DNA from: Candidatus Fimenecus sp.
Lineage (GTDB): Bacteria > Bacillota > Clostridia > Oscillospirales > Acutalibacteraceae
Direction of reading: 5' to 3'
Length of the DNA stretch: 44,813 bases
NCBI GenBank assembly: GCA_045534995.1
Contig: JAZSKT010000133.1
Location: 1-44,813, forward strand
Part shown: piece after piece, positions 7,040 to 15,700 of the stretch
How the letters are laid out: each line of letters begins with the position of its first letter
How positions within the stretch are numbered: position 1 is the first letter of the stretch
Notes under the pieces: generated by a model
What the model was told of the DNA's origin: nothing
Database searches by the model: none
Seen by the model: only the letters and a program-made list of their open reading frames with translations
Position numbers and translations under genes: made by a program

Positions 7040-8368
7040 TCAATGTTTAAAGCAGTTGTTATATTCGTTAACCCAGCGCAAAACGGTTTTACGATTATAT
7101 GTATTAGGCATTGCAGCAGTTACGGCAGTTGCTCTTGCTAACTGCAATCCCATTTTAACAACTTTACCGAGAATGACCTTATTATTGATAAGACCGTTAA
7201 GTTTGACTTTAATGTCGTCTATTGACATTCCTCCCAACATTGCACCAAGACTTGTGGAATCAGCATCAATTGTCATATCCTCTGCATTGAGAATTCCCTT
7301 TGCGAAAATGTAATCAAGTTCAGGACCTTCAAGTCGTGTAAGCAACAGCTTGACACAAGCAAGGGGTGCTAAAGCAGCGCCGATTTCTTTGTAGAAATTC
7401 TTTTGATATGTCCAGAGCGTCTCTGCACTAAATGAACTGCTAAAATCACTTGAAACAGCATCTGCGAGGATTTTAGCAGCTTTCAAGGAGTTTGCAATAC
7501 CTGAACCAATAACAGGAACTGTCATAAATGCGCTGTCGCCAATTGCGGCATATCCGTCAGCAACAAGAACACCCAAAGGCTGACGAACAGGAATATTGGC
7601 AAAACTGTCGCCACGGACAATTTCCGTTCCGATACTTGGATTTGATTCTCTCATTTTGTTAATTTGGTCAATTGCATAATCACGGTCAAACTTATGAAAT
7701 CTTCCGATAAGAACATCTGTATGTTCCTCTTCGGTTGCAATCCATGAAATACCCAACTCATTGTTCGGAAGGAGAATCAATTTGAATTTGTCTTTTTCTT
7801 CTACTTCAGCAGCTTTGTTAAAGAAAGCTCTGTAAACATAAAACTGCTCATATTCAATAGGTGAGTTTTGAATTCCCATTGATGATGGCAACGCACGTCT
7901 TACAGGAGAGTTAAGACCACAAGCGTCAATAACAAGGTCGGCAAGATATTCGCCCTTGTCAGTTTTGATACCCACAACTCTGTTGCCAAAGAGAATTGGC
8001 TTTTCAATATTTTCTTCGTATTGGAATTTAACGCCTGCCTTTTCAGCGTGTTCAATCAGGTGAGCGTAAATATCACTACGCTCCATCTGAATTTCCTTTT
8101 TATCTTCTTCAGTATTCTGTGTAAGTGCTGTTTCCATGGCAGGACCATAAAATGTCATATCCTGTTTTAATTTGTATTTGCTTTTATCAGGAATGGGAAT
8201 ACCAACAGCCGTCCAGCCTTTTTTATCAAAAATATCTGTCCAGTCATAGCCCATTTTATCTTTAGCATTTCTTTCGTATACAGTTACATCATAACCTCTT
8301 TTTGTAAGTAACATAGCTGTGGCAATACCGCCATGTCCGCCACCGGCAACAATAATCTTATTTCCCAT
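7040..8368 (-). CDS. FAD-dependent oxidoreductase (geranylgeranyl-reductase/FixC-like family)
   Basis: MGNKIIVAGGGHGGIATAMLLTKRGYDVTVYERN is a GxGxxG dinucleotide-binding fold, and DACG...R and GD..A motifs follow. I chose the second Met because AAGAGGG lies 7 nt upstream of it; the ORF-track start at 8389 has no RBS. Confidence 0.85.
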   Translation of the reverse strand: MGNKIIVAGGGHGGIATAMLLTKRGYDVTVYERNAKDKMGYDWTDIFDKKGWTAVGIPIPDKSKYKLKQDMTFYGPAMETALTQNTEEDKKEIQMERSDIYAHLIEHAEKAGVKFQYEENIEKPILFGNRVVGIKTDKGEYLADLVIDACGLNSPVRRALPSSMGIQNSPIEYEQFYVYRAFFNKAAEVEEKDKFKLILLPNNELGISWIATEEEHTDVLIGRFHKFDRDYAIDQINKMRESNPSIGTEIVRGDSFANIPVRQPLGVLVADGYAAIGDSAFMTVPVIGSGIANSLKAAKILADAVSSDFSSSFSAETLWTYQKNFYKEIGAALAPLACVKLLLTRLEGPELDYIFAKGILNAEDMTIDADSTSLGAMLGGMSIDDIKVKLNGLINNKVILGKVVKMGLQLARATAVTAAMPNTYNRKTVLRWVNEYNNCFKH

Positions 8369-8433
8369 AAAAAACCCTCTTTTCAACATTTTTTTACATT
8401 TCTGTACATTATAAAAATTATACCATAAAACAC

Positions 8434-8463
8434 TTGCATTATCAATAAACTAAATGATATAAT
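8434..8463 (+). promoter_or_regulatory. Putative sigma-A promoter for the acyl-CoA ligase gene
   Basis: TTGCAT, an 18-bp spacer, then TGATATAAT (extended -10), about 75 nt upstream of the ATG at 8540. Confidence 0.4.
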
Positions 8464-8539
8464 CTGTAATATAAAATGGGTAAGTATTGAATTAAATAAA
8501 AAACACCTACAATAGGTGACGAAAAGGAAACAATCAATT

Positions 8540-10183
8540 ATGAAGAAAACACACAAAAACGCAGTTAAGGTTGAAATACCTGAGTACCAGACAATACGTG
8601 AAATTGTTTTTGAAGGAACAGCGCGTGGTGGCGATAAAAAGCAATTTATGTTCCTTGACAGAAACAAGGAGCTTCAGGAACTCAATTATAACCAGACTTT
8701 TTACAGAATCAGAACACTCAGTACATATTTTTACAGCAAAGGGTTAAACGGTGGTAAAAAAATTGCTATCGTTTCTGAGAATCTTATTGATTGGGGTATG
8801 GCATACTATGCTATTATTGTAGGCGGTAATATTTGTGTGCCAATGGATGCAAAACTGCCATATGAAGATATTGAAGACCAGATTATACGTTGCGATTGCG
8901 ATGGTGTAGTTTATTCTAAAAAATTTGCAAAATTTGTTGAACAGATTAAGGCTAATCCCGATGTTCCTGAAATGGAATATTTCTTTATGGATGAGTTCGA
9001 CACCTATTATGCTGAAGGCGAAAAAATGATTGATGACGGTGATGATACATTTGATAAGATTGAGATTAAACCGGATGATTTAGCTGCTATCGTTTTCACA
9101 TCAGGAACAACAGGTAAGAGTAAGGGTGTTATGCTTACTCACAAGAATGTTGCAAGTAACTGTTCTGCATCGTTAAGAGTGTTAACAGGGCGCCATGCGA
9201 TTGCTTTTCTTCCGTTGCACCATACTCTCTCATGGGTTAGTGGCATTTATGCTTCATATATTGTTTCTGAATGGGGTTATCTTTGTGACAGTCTTAAAGA
9301 TATTCAGAGAGACATTAAGAAATTTCAGCCATACAACTTTACAGGTGTTCCACTTGTTGTAGAAACAGTTTATGACAGAATCTGGAAAACAGCACGTAAA
9401 ATGGGCAAGGAAGATTTGCTCAAAAAGGGAATTAAAATCAGTAATGTGCTTATGAAATTCGGTATCGATAAGCGTCGTAAGATTTTTAAAATGGTACATG
9501 ATAATCTTGGTGGAAACTTGGATATGATTATCTGTGGCGGTGCTTATCTTGACCCGAAATACGAAAAAGGACTTTATGATATTGGCATTGACGTTTTCAA
9601 TGGTTATGGACTGACAGAGTGTTCTCCTGTTATTACATGTAATCATCCGGCAAAGTTTAAATTCGGTAGTGTTGGTACTCCGCTTGATTGTAATGAAATT
9701 AAAATTGTTAACCCTGATGAAGATGGCGTTGGCGAAATCTATGTAAGAGGTTCAAACGTTATGGTTGGTTATTATAACGACCCTGAAGCAACTGCGAAAG
9801 CATTTGATGGTGATTGGTTCAAGACAGGCGACTTCGGCAGAATTGATGAAGATGGTTTCCTCTTTATGGTGGGCAGAAAGAAGAATCTTATTATTCTTTC
9901 AAACGGTAAGAATGTATCCCCTGAAGAAATTGAAGAAAAACTTTTGAGTACAATTCCTTACGTTAAGGAAGTTCTTGTTTATCAGGAAGGTGGCAAAATT
10001 CTGGGTGAATTCTTCCTTAATGAAGAAGATTATCCGGGCTGCAGAGATACCCTTGATGCGGATGTTAAGAAAACAAATGCTTTGATGCCTGCTTTTAAAC
10101 GTGTAAGTAAGATTGTTGTGCGTGATGAGGAATTTCCAAAGACAACAACAATGAAAATTGCAAGAAAATATCATACAAACTAA
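8540..10183 (+). CDS. AMP-dependent synthetase / long-chain acyl-CoA ligase
   Basis: Adenylate-forming motifs are present: FTSGTTGKSKGVMLTH, GYGLTEC, WFKTGDFGRIDEDGFLFMVGRKKNLI and SNGKNVSPEEIE. I chose ATG 8540 (RBS AAAAGGAAA) over the upstream GTG at 8516. Confidence 0.9.
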   Translation: MKKTHKNAVKVEIPEYQTIREIVFEGTARGGDKKQFMFLDRNKELQELNYNQTFYRIRTLSTYFYSKGLNGGKKIAIVSENLIDWGMAYYAIIVGGNICVPMDAKLPYEDIEDQIIRCDCDGVVYSKKFAKFVEQIKANPDVPEMEYFFMDEFDTYYAEGEKMIDDGDDTFDKIEIKPDDLAAIVFTSGTTGKSKGVMLTHKNVASNCSASLRVLTGRHAIAFLPLHHTLSWVSGIYASYIVSEWGYLCDSLKDIQRDIKKFQPYNFTGVPLVVETVYDRIWKTARKMGKEDLLKKGIKISNVLMKFGIDKRRKIFKMVHDNLGGNLDMIICGGAYLDPKYEKGLYDIGIDVFNGYGLTECSPVITCNHPAKFKFGSVGTPLDCNEIKIVNPDEDGVGEIYVRGSNVMVGYYNDPEATAKAFDGDWFKTGDFGRIDEDGFLFMVGRKKNLIILSNGKNVSPEEIEEKLLSTIPYVKEVLVYQEGGKILGEFFLNEEDYPGCRDTLDADVKKTNALMPAFKRVSKIVVRDEEFPKTTTMKIARKYHTN

Positions 10184-10191
10184 AAATTTAA

Positions 10192-10218
10192 AGCCCTCCG
10201 AAATCCGGAGGGCTTTTT
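10192..10218 (+). terminator. Rho-independent terminator of the acyl-CoA ligase gene
   Basis: GCCCTCCG-AAATC-CGGAGGGC followed by TTTTT. Confidence 0.7.
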
Positions 10219-10224
10219 ACCGTA

Positions 10225-10252
10225 AAAAACAGCCGTTGCTTTTGCAACGGCT
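10225..10252 (-). terminator. Rho-independent terminator of glnA
   Basis: On the minus strand: AGCCGTTGC-AAAA-GCAACGGCT followed by GTTTTTT, directly after the glnA stop. Confidence 0.7.
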
Positions 10253-10259
10253 TTGTTTA

Positions 10260-11684
10260 TTAAAGATTATAGTATTTATCAAATTCTGCAGGGTGAGGAA
10301 TTGCAGAAAGCTGACGACACTCTTCACGTTTTGCCTTAATAAAGTTGTTGATAAGTTCAACTGGGAATACTCCGCCTTCTGTAAGGAATTCGTAATCAGC
10401 TTCAAGAGCGTCAAGAGCTTCTTCAAGAGATGCAGGAAGATGCTGAAGCTTCGCTTTTTCTTCATCGCTGAGGTGATAAAGGTTTACGTCATATGGACCC
10501 CAACCATTTGCATGTGGGTCAATCTTGTTCTTAACACCGTCAAGACCTGCCATAAGAATTGCAGCATAGCAGAAATATGGGTTACATGTAGCGTCAGGGT
10601 TACGAAGTTCAAATCTGCGCTTGTCAGGGCTCTTTGCATATGCAGGAATACGAATAACAGCGCTTCTGTTTGATGTTGCGTAACCAACTGTTACAGGAGC
10701 TTCAAAGCCTGGGATAAGACGTTTGAATGAGTTTGTGCTTGGGTTTGTAATAGCACAAAGAGCATCAATATGTTTATGGAGCCCACCCATGAAGTAGTGA
10801 GCAGTTTCGCTAAGTCTTGCATAGCCATTATCATCAGAGAAAACAGGCTCCCCATCTTTGAAAAGAAGCATATGTACGTGCATACCACTACCTGCTTCAC
10901 CGTAAATTGGCTTTGGCATAAATGTTGCAGTCTTGCCATATTTAAGAGCAGTGTTGTGAATGATGTATTTAATCCACATTGTAGCGTCAGCCATATGCAC
11001 AACTTCACCAAGTTGTGGTTCAATTTCAAACTGACCTGAAGCCGCAACTTCAGGATGGTGGTAGTTGATTTCAATACCTGCATCCTTCATAAGCATACAC
11101 ATTTCACTACGGCATTCGTAGGAGATGTCGAATGGCTTTGCAATGTGGTAGTTTTTCTGTTTAGGAACAACAACGCCGTGACCTTCAACATCAGAATTCC
11201 AATAGGACTGCTTTGCATCAACGGTAGCGCCTATATATCTGCCTTCAACACTCCATGTAACATCGTCAAAAAGATAAAATTCAAACTCAGGTAAAATTTT
11301 CATTTCATCAGCAACACCGCTGTTTTTCATATACTCAACAGCCGCTTTAATGATGTTGCGAGGATATTGTGCAAGTGGACGATTGTCAGGGGTAGCAATA
11401 ATCATTGCATTACCTGTCATTGATAATGTAGGAATTGAACAGAATGGGTCAATAACTGCTGTGTCAGGGTCCGGAATGAACACCATATCACTTTTTTCAA
11501 CAACAGCATAACCGTAGTTGGAAGCGTCAAAACCAATACCACTCTTCATTGTGTCCTCTGAGAAGTTTTCAGCAGGAATAGTTACGTGACGGTATTGACC
11601 ATTGATGTCAACCATTTTAAAATCGACCATTTTAATGTCGTTTTCTTTAATAAGATTAAGAACGTCGTTTATACTCTTTGACAT
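10260..11684 (-). CDS. glnA: Glutamine synthetase, type I
   Basis: The 474-aa protein has GS-I beta-grasp and catalytic regions (FKMVDINGQYRHVTIP, FEFYLFD, GSGMHVHMLLF, NPSTNSFKRLIPGFEAP, NRSAVIRIP, RFELRNPD). Confidence 0.93.
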   Translation of the reverse strand: MSKSINDVLNLIKENDIKMVDFKMVDINGQYRHVTIPAENFSEDTMKSGIGFDASNYGYAVVEKSDMVFIPDPDTAVIDPFCSIPTLSMTGNAMIIATPDNRPLAQYPRNIIKAAVEYMKNSGVADEMKILPEFEFYLFDDVTWSVEGRYIGATVDAKQSYWNSDVEGHGVVVPKQKNYHIAKPFDISYECRSEMCMLMKDAGIEINYHHPEVAASGQFEIEPQLGEVVHMADATMWIKYIIHNTALKYGKTATFMPKPIYGEAGSGMHVHMLLFKDGEPVFSDDNGYARLSETAHYFMGGLHKHIDALCAITNPSTNSFKRLIPGFEAPVTVGYATSNRSAVIRIPAYAKSPDKRRFELRNPDATCNPYFCYAAILMAGLDGVKNKIDPHANGWGPYDVNLYHLSDEEKAKLQHLPASLEEALDALEADYEFLTEGGVFPVELINNFIKAKREECRQLSAIPHPAEFDKYYNL

Positions 11685-11870
11685 TTTAACATCTCCTTAA
11701 ATAATGTTTAAAATAAATATATCACAATTTTACATTATTCGCAATACTTTAATTTGTATATTTATAGTTTGTATGTTCAAGAATGGAAAAGATGATAATA
11801 TTAGTGTCAAAACACACCGTATTCAGATGTATATAAATAATAATCCTAAACCTTCGCCGATTATCAAGAC

Positions 11871-11908
11871 AAAAACAAAAGTCCCAATAAAATTGAGACT
11901 TTTGTTTT
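11871..11908 (-). terminator. Hairpin terminator downstream of ssrA
   Basis: AAAACAAAAGTC-loop-GACTTTTGTTTT lies immediately 3' of the tmRNA CCA end on the minus strand. Confidence 0.5.
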
Positions 11909-11910
11909 AA

Positions 11911-12264
11911 TGGTGGAGATGGTGGTAATCGAAACCACGTCCGAGAATCTATTCCTGAAACTTTCTACGAGCGTAGTTTATCTATTAGAATTCCCTACGG
12001 GACAGCCGACAAACAGGCATTCCTTTCGGTAGTCTTGTTATGTGTGACGGACTACAAGACGATTATCCGTTCACATTTACTGCTAAATGACACTCCGTAC
12101 CGAGTCGCAGTCCTCTCAGGGGAATGCTCGCTGCTAATTAAGCAGCAAGAAGTACTTTTTCGTTTTTGTCGTTTATTTTTGATAAACCGTCCGTTTTATG
12201 GTGGTCAGACTCCACCGCTCGCTTATCGCAGTTCAAAATCCCCGTCGAAATCCTTTCATCCCCA
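11911..12264 (-). ncRNA. ssrA: tmRNA (transfer-messenger RNA)
   Basis: The minus-strand 5' end is GGGGATGAAAGGATTTCGACGGG. The 3' end is GGACGTGGTTTCGATTACCACCATCTCCACCA (T-arm plus acceptor plus CCA). An internal tag ORF ends ...GAC AAA AAC GAA AAA GTA CTT CTT GCT GCT TAA (..DKNEKVLLAA*). Length is 354 nt, and it is adjacent to smpB. Confidence 0.9.
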
Positions 12265-12292
12265 AATATAATTACGCATTACGAATTGCGAA

Positions 12293-12760
12293 TTATCTTA
12301 ATCGTTCTTTCATTGTGCGTTCGATATTGCGTTGTGCTTCTTTTTTAGCAGCAACATCACGCTTATCGTAAAGTTTTTTACCTTTACAAAGTCCGACCTG
12401 AACCTTTGCTCTGCCCTTTTTAAAGTAAATTGATAAAGGAATTAACGTCAGACCTTCCTGCTTTGTTGTGCCTAAAAGTCGCATGATTTCTTTTTTGTGC
12501 ATTAGGAGTTTGCGAACTCGCAATGGGTCACGGTTGAAAATATTGCCGTGGTCATAAGGGCTTATGTGCATACCTTTGACGAAGATTTCGCCCTCGACGA
12601 TACTGCACCAAGCATCCTTAAGGTTACATTTACCCTGACGAAGTGATTTTACTTCAGTACCAACAAGTTCGATACCTGCTTCAAAACTCTCTATGACGAA
12701 ATAATCATGGAGAGCTTTTTTGTTTTGTGCAATTGTAGTATTTGGATTTTTCTCTGCCAT
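12293..12760 (-). CDS. smpB: SsrA-binding protein
   Basis: The 155-aa protein has [29 protein letters not shown], a typical SmpB N-terminus. It is next to tmRNA. Confidence 0.95.
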   Translation of the reverse strand: MAEKNPNTTIAQNKKALHDYFVIESFEAGIELVGTEVKSLRQGKCNLKDAWCSIVEGEIFVKGMHISPYDHGNIFNRDPLRVRKLLMHKKEIMRLLGTTKQEGLTLIPLSIYFKKGRAKVQVGLCKGKKLYDKRDVAAKKEAQRNIERTMKERLR

Positions 12761-12779
12761 GGTTATTCCTTCTTATATA

Positions 12780-13373
12780 TTATAGCAAACTTCTGCCTTG
12801 AAGTGCTCTGGAAAGTGTTACCTCATCTGCATATTCAAGGTCGCTACCAACAGGGATACCGTATGCAAGACGGCTGACTTTAATTCCCATTGGTTTTAAA
12901 AGACGAGCAATATACATTGCTGTTGCTTCTCCCTCGGTGGTCGGATTGGTTGCCATAATAACCTCGTTTACAGAATCGTCAGACAAGCGCTGAATTAACT
13001 CTTTAATACGGATGTTATCAGGTCCGATACCATTCATAGGGGAGATTACGCCGTGCAAAACATGGTAAGTGCCCTTATACTCGTGAGTGCGCTCAAAGGC
13101 TGTAACATCTCTTGGGTTTTCAACAACGCAGATTACAGAACTATCACGATTTGCATTATTACAGATGTTGCATTTTTCACCCTCGGTATGATTACAGCAA
13201 ACAGAACAGGTGTGTATATTAGTATGTGCATTATTTATGGCATCAACAAGATTTTTTGTACCCTCGTCATCAAGACCAAGAATATAATATGCCATACGCT
13301 CCGCCGATTTCACACCGACAGAGGGCATTTTGCGAAATTCTTCAATCAATTTTTCCAAAGATACTATTGCCAT
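12780..13373 (-). CDS. recR: Recombination protein RecR
   Basis: The 197-aa protein has an HhH N-terminus, a C4 zinc finger (CSVCCN..CNIC) and a Toprim region (VCVVENPRDV). Synteny is dnaX-ybaB-recR. Confidence 0.95.
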   Translation of the reverse strand: MAIVSLEKLIEEFRKMPSVGVKSAERMAYYILGLDDEGTKNLVDAINNAHTNIHTCSVCCNHTEGEKCNICNNANRDSSVICVVENPRDVTAFERTHEYKGTYHVLHGVISPMNGIGPDNIRIKELIQRLSDDSVNEVIMATNPTTEGEATAMYIARLLKPMGIKVSRLAYGIPVGSDLEYADEVTLSRALQGRSLL

Positions 13374-13405
13374 AACTTAATGCTCCAATGGTTTTGTTGA
13401 TTTAA

Positions 13406-13741
13406 TTAAAATCCAAGTCCTGGAATGTTCATTCCGCCTGTGATTTTGCCCATTTCTCTTTCAGCAGTTTCGTCAGCCTTTCTCATAGCTTCGTTTACTG
13501 CTGCAACGAGTAAATCTTCAAGCATTTCAACATCTTCAGGGTCAACAACATCAGGCTGAATTTTAACTGATACGAGCTGATGCTTGCCGTTTACTGTAAC
13601 ATCAATTGCTCCGCCACCTGCAGACGCATTATATTCTGCTTCTTCACATTCCTGCTGAACACGAGCCATATCCTCCTGCATCTGCTGAATGCGTTTCATC
13701 ATATTTGCCTGACCGCCCTGGTTTGGTATTCTTGCTTTCAT
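13406..13741 (-). CDS. ybaB: Nucleoid-associated protein YbaB/EbfC
   Basis: The 111-aa protein has MMKRIQQMQEDMARVQQE...GGGAIDVTVNGKHQLVSVKI and sits in the conserved position between dnaX and recR. Confidence 0.9.
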   Translation of the reverse strand: MKARIPNQGGQANMMKRIQQMQEDMARVQQECEEAEYNASAGGGAIDVTVNGKHQLVSVKIQPDVVDPEDVEMLEDLLVAAVNEAMRKADETAEREMGKITGGMNIPGLGF

Positions 13742-13743
13742 TT

Positions 13744-15384
13744 TTATTCCTCCTCAATTTTTACACCGAGATTTTTTGCTTTTGACACAAGGTCAGAAAG
13801 TGGATTTTTCGGTGTTTGTTCTTGCTTGTTGTTATAAACAGCAAGTGTATATGTTTTGCCTGTTATTTGTGTAACGGCTTCTTTTATGATTTTTGAATAA
13901 TCACCTGTTTTAAGATAAAGTTCCAATACAGGTGAACCTTTAATGAGTAAATATTTACCCTGATGGATAAATGCTGAAGAACCTGTAAGCATTGCAATAA
14001 GGCTCTTATCTTTTGCAAAAAGTTTTTCGAGAACCTCAGGCCATTTATCAAAAGGATTTGTTCCCATATTCTGTGGTGCAGTTTTTTCTTCCTGCGGTGC
14101 TGGTGATGGCTCCGGAAGAGGTATTTCCTCTTTTTCTGGCTCTTTTGCAGGCTCTGCTGGTGCCGGTTCTGGTTGTTTTTCAACCTTGACATCAGGTTCT
14201 TTAACAGGAGCAGGTGTTTCTGCCTTAACTGCGATTTCACCTGATGAAACTGCACTTTCAAGTTCACTTAATCTGCGGAGAATTGCATTCAAATCTCCGT
14301 CAAGACTTGGTGTGCAAAGTCTGATAATACAAAGTTCTGCACTTGTTCTTCTGTTTGCCCCTTGCTTCATTGTAGATGCAGATGCTGTGAGAATATCAAT
14401 ACAGGACATAATTGTTGCAAGTGTTGTTTTTGTACTCTGCTGACGAATGATTTCTATTTCACCTTGAGAACAGATAATCATATCTTGAAAATTCTTTACA
14501 GCCTTTGAAACCATAAGATTTCTGAAATGACTTGTAAGCTCTGTGATAAGTCTTTCCATATCACAAGAATCGTTATAGAGTTTATTTACAACCTCTAATG
14601 CTTTTGCAGCGTCTTTTTCAAGAATACAGTCACAAAGCTCAAAGATATATTCTCGTCCCGCAAGACCTGCACTGCTTGCAACCGTAGCAGAATCAATAAG
14701 TCCTTCGTGGGAAGAACAGCGGTCAAGAAGTGATAATGCATCACGCATAGCACCATCAGCAATTCGTGCTATAAGCATAGCGCCGTCGTCAGCAAGTTGA
14801 AGATTTTCTTTAACTGCAACTTCCATAAGTCTGCCTGCAATAGCTTCAGGTGGAATTCGCTTGAAATCAAAGCGTTGACAACGAGAAAGAATTGTTGACG
14901 GTAATTTATGAACTTCGGTAGTTGCCAATATGAAAATCACATGTGCAGGGGGCTCTTCGAGAGTTTTTAAAAGTGCATTGAATGCGCCGATTGAGAGCAT
15001 ATGCACCTCGTCAATAATGTAAACTCTGAATTTAGCGTTTGCAGGAGTGAAATTTGCTTCTTCACGCAAATCACGGATGTTGTCGACACCGTTGTTTGAT
15101 GCAGCGTCAATCTCGATTATGTCAAGTATTGCACCGGAATCAATTCCCTTGCAGATTTCACATTCGTTACAAGGATTTCCGTTATGAGAATTGATACAGT
15201 TAACTGCCTTGGCAAGGATTTTTGCACAGGAGGTTTTACCTGTTCCGCGAGAACCCGTAAAAAGATATGCGTGACTTGTTTTACCTGTTTTTACGGCATT
15301 TTCAAGTGTTTTTGTGATATGTTCCTGTCCCACAACATCGGTAAATGTTGATGGTCGGTATTTTCGGTAAAATGCACGGTACAT
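13744..15384 (-). CDS. dnaX: DNA polymerase III subunit gamma/tau
   Basis: The N-terminus is YRKYRPSTFTDVVGQEHI. Also present are the P-loop GSRGTGKTS, a Zn module (CNECEIC) and an SRC motif. A P/E/K-rich linker precedes the C-terminal domain. Confidence 0.95.
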   Translation of the reverse strand: MYRAFYRKYRPSTFTDVVGQEHITKTLENAVKTGKTSHAYLFTGSRGTGKTSCAKILAKAVNCINSHNGNPCNECEICKGIDSGAILDIIEIDAASNNGVDNIRDLREEANFTPANAKFRVYIIDEVHMLSIGAFNALLKTLEEPPAHVIFILATTEVHKLPSTILSRCQRFDFKRIPPEAIAGRLMEVAVKENLQLADDGAMLIARIADGAMRDALSLLDRCSSHEGLIDSATVASSAGLAGREYIFELCDCILEKDAAKALEVVNKLYNDSCDMERLITELTSHFRNLMVSKAVKNFQDMIICSQGEIEIIRQQSTKTTLATIMSCIDILTASASTMKQGANRRTSAELCIIRLCTPSLDGDLNAILRRLSELESAVSSGEIAVKAETPAPVKEPDVKVEKQPEPAPAEPAKEPEKEEIPLPEPSPAPQEEKTAPQNMGTNPFDKWPEVLEKLFAKDKSLIAMLTGSSAFIHQGKYLLIKGSPVLELYLKTGDYSKIIKEAVTQITGKTYTLAVYNNKQEQTPKNPLSDLVSKAKNLGVKIEEE

Positions 15385-15417
15385 ATTTTTTCTCCTCCTG
15401 AATTGATGCTAATAAAA

Positions 15418-15560
15418 ATGCCTTAACTCAGTCATGTGTCGTGCAGGCAGACTGTGGCGCCCGATGCAAACCGTTTAATGCTGCTCGGTTCCCCGCCTGA
15501 CATGGTTCACGGCGCTTCGCCGCACAGGACCCACACGGCACACGACTGAATTAAGGCATC
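15418..15560 (-). ncRNA. ffs: SRP RNA (short, single-hairpin 4.5S-like form)
   Basis: The minus strand contains GTGAACCATGTCAGGCGGGGAACCGAGCAGC, matching the conserved domain IV motif (..CCAxGTCAGGxCxGGAAxxxAGCAGC). The termini pair (GATGCCTTAATTCAGTCGTGTGCC with GGCACGACACATGACTGAGTTAAGGCAT) and are followed by TTTTATT. The position upstream of dnaX is classic. Confidence 0.8.
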
Positions 15561-15576
15561 TCATTCTTTTCAAGTT

Positions 15577-15605
15577 ATTATACTACATATACAACACAAT
15601 TTCAA
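15577..15605 (-). promoter_or_regulatory. Putative sigma-A promoter of the SRP RNA
   Basis: Minus strand: TTGAAA, a 17-bp spacer, then TATAAT, ending ~17 nt before the first paired nucleotide of the RNA. Confidence 0.5.
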
Positions 15606-15700
15606 GAGAAAAATATACACTATTTTTATTGTAGTTAAAAGGATTTTATGTTAGAATTAATTTGTATAAATTTATATTGCACAAATTGGAGGCGTCAGGA

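Noticed and set aside
8383-8667. 94-aa minus-strand ORF across the divergent promoter region and the 5' end of the acyl-CoA ligase gene
   Set aside because: It is hydrophobic AT-codon noise with no RBS, and it overlaps the promoter and the start of a real gene.
10158-10673. 171-aa plus-strand ORF, together with the minus-strand alternative-frame ORFs 10484..10687 and 10691..11083, all overlapping glnA
   Set aside because: All lie within or antisense to the strongly conserved glnA frame. The plus-strand ORF also runs through two terminator hairpins.
11685-11870. Glutamine riboswitch or T-box in the glnA 5' region
   Set aside because: The region is AT-rich, and I could not find a recognisable conserved riboswitch core or an antiterminator/terminator pair. 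Only promoter-like sequence is present.
11704-12348. Three ORFs (11704..11910, 12035..12271, 12166..12348) in the glnA-smpB interval
   Set aside because: The region is occupied by the tmRNA gene and its promoter and terminator, so these ORFs are artefacts of translating a structured RNA gene.
13884-14267. 127-aa alternative-frame ORF inside dnaX as a possible frameshift (gamma) product
   Set aside because: I saw no A-AAA-AAG-type slippery heptamer with a downstream structure at the junction. The ORF reflects the repetitive P/E/K linker codons.
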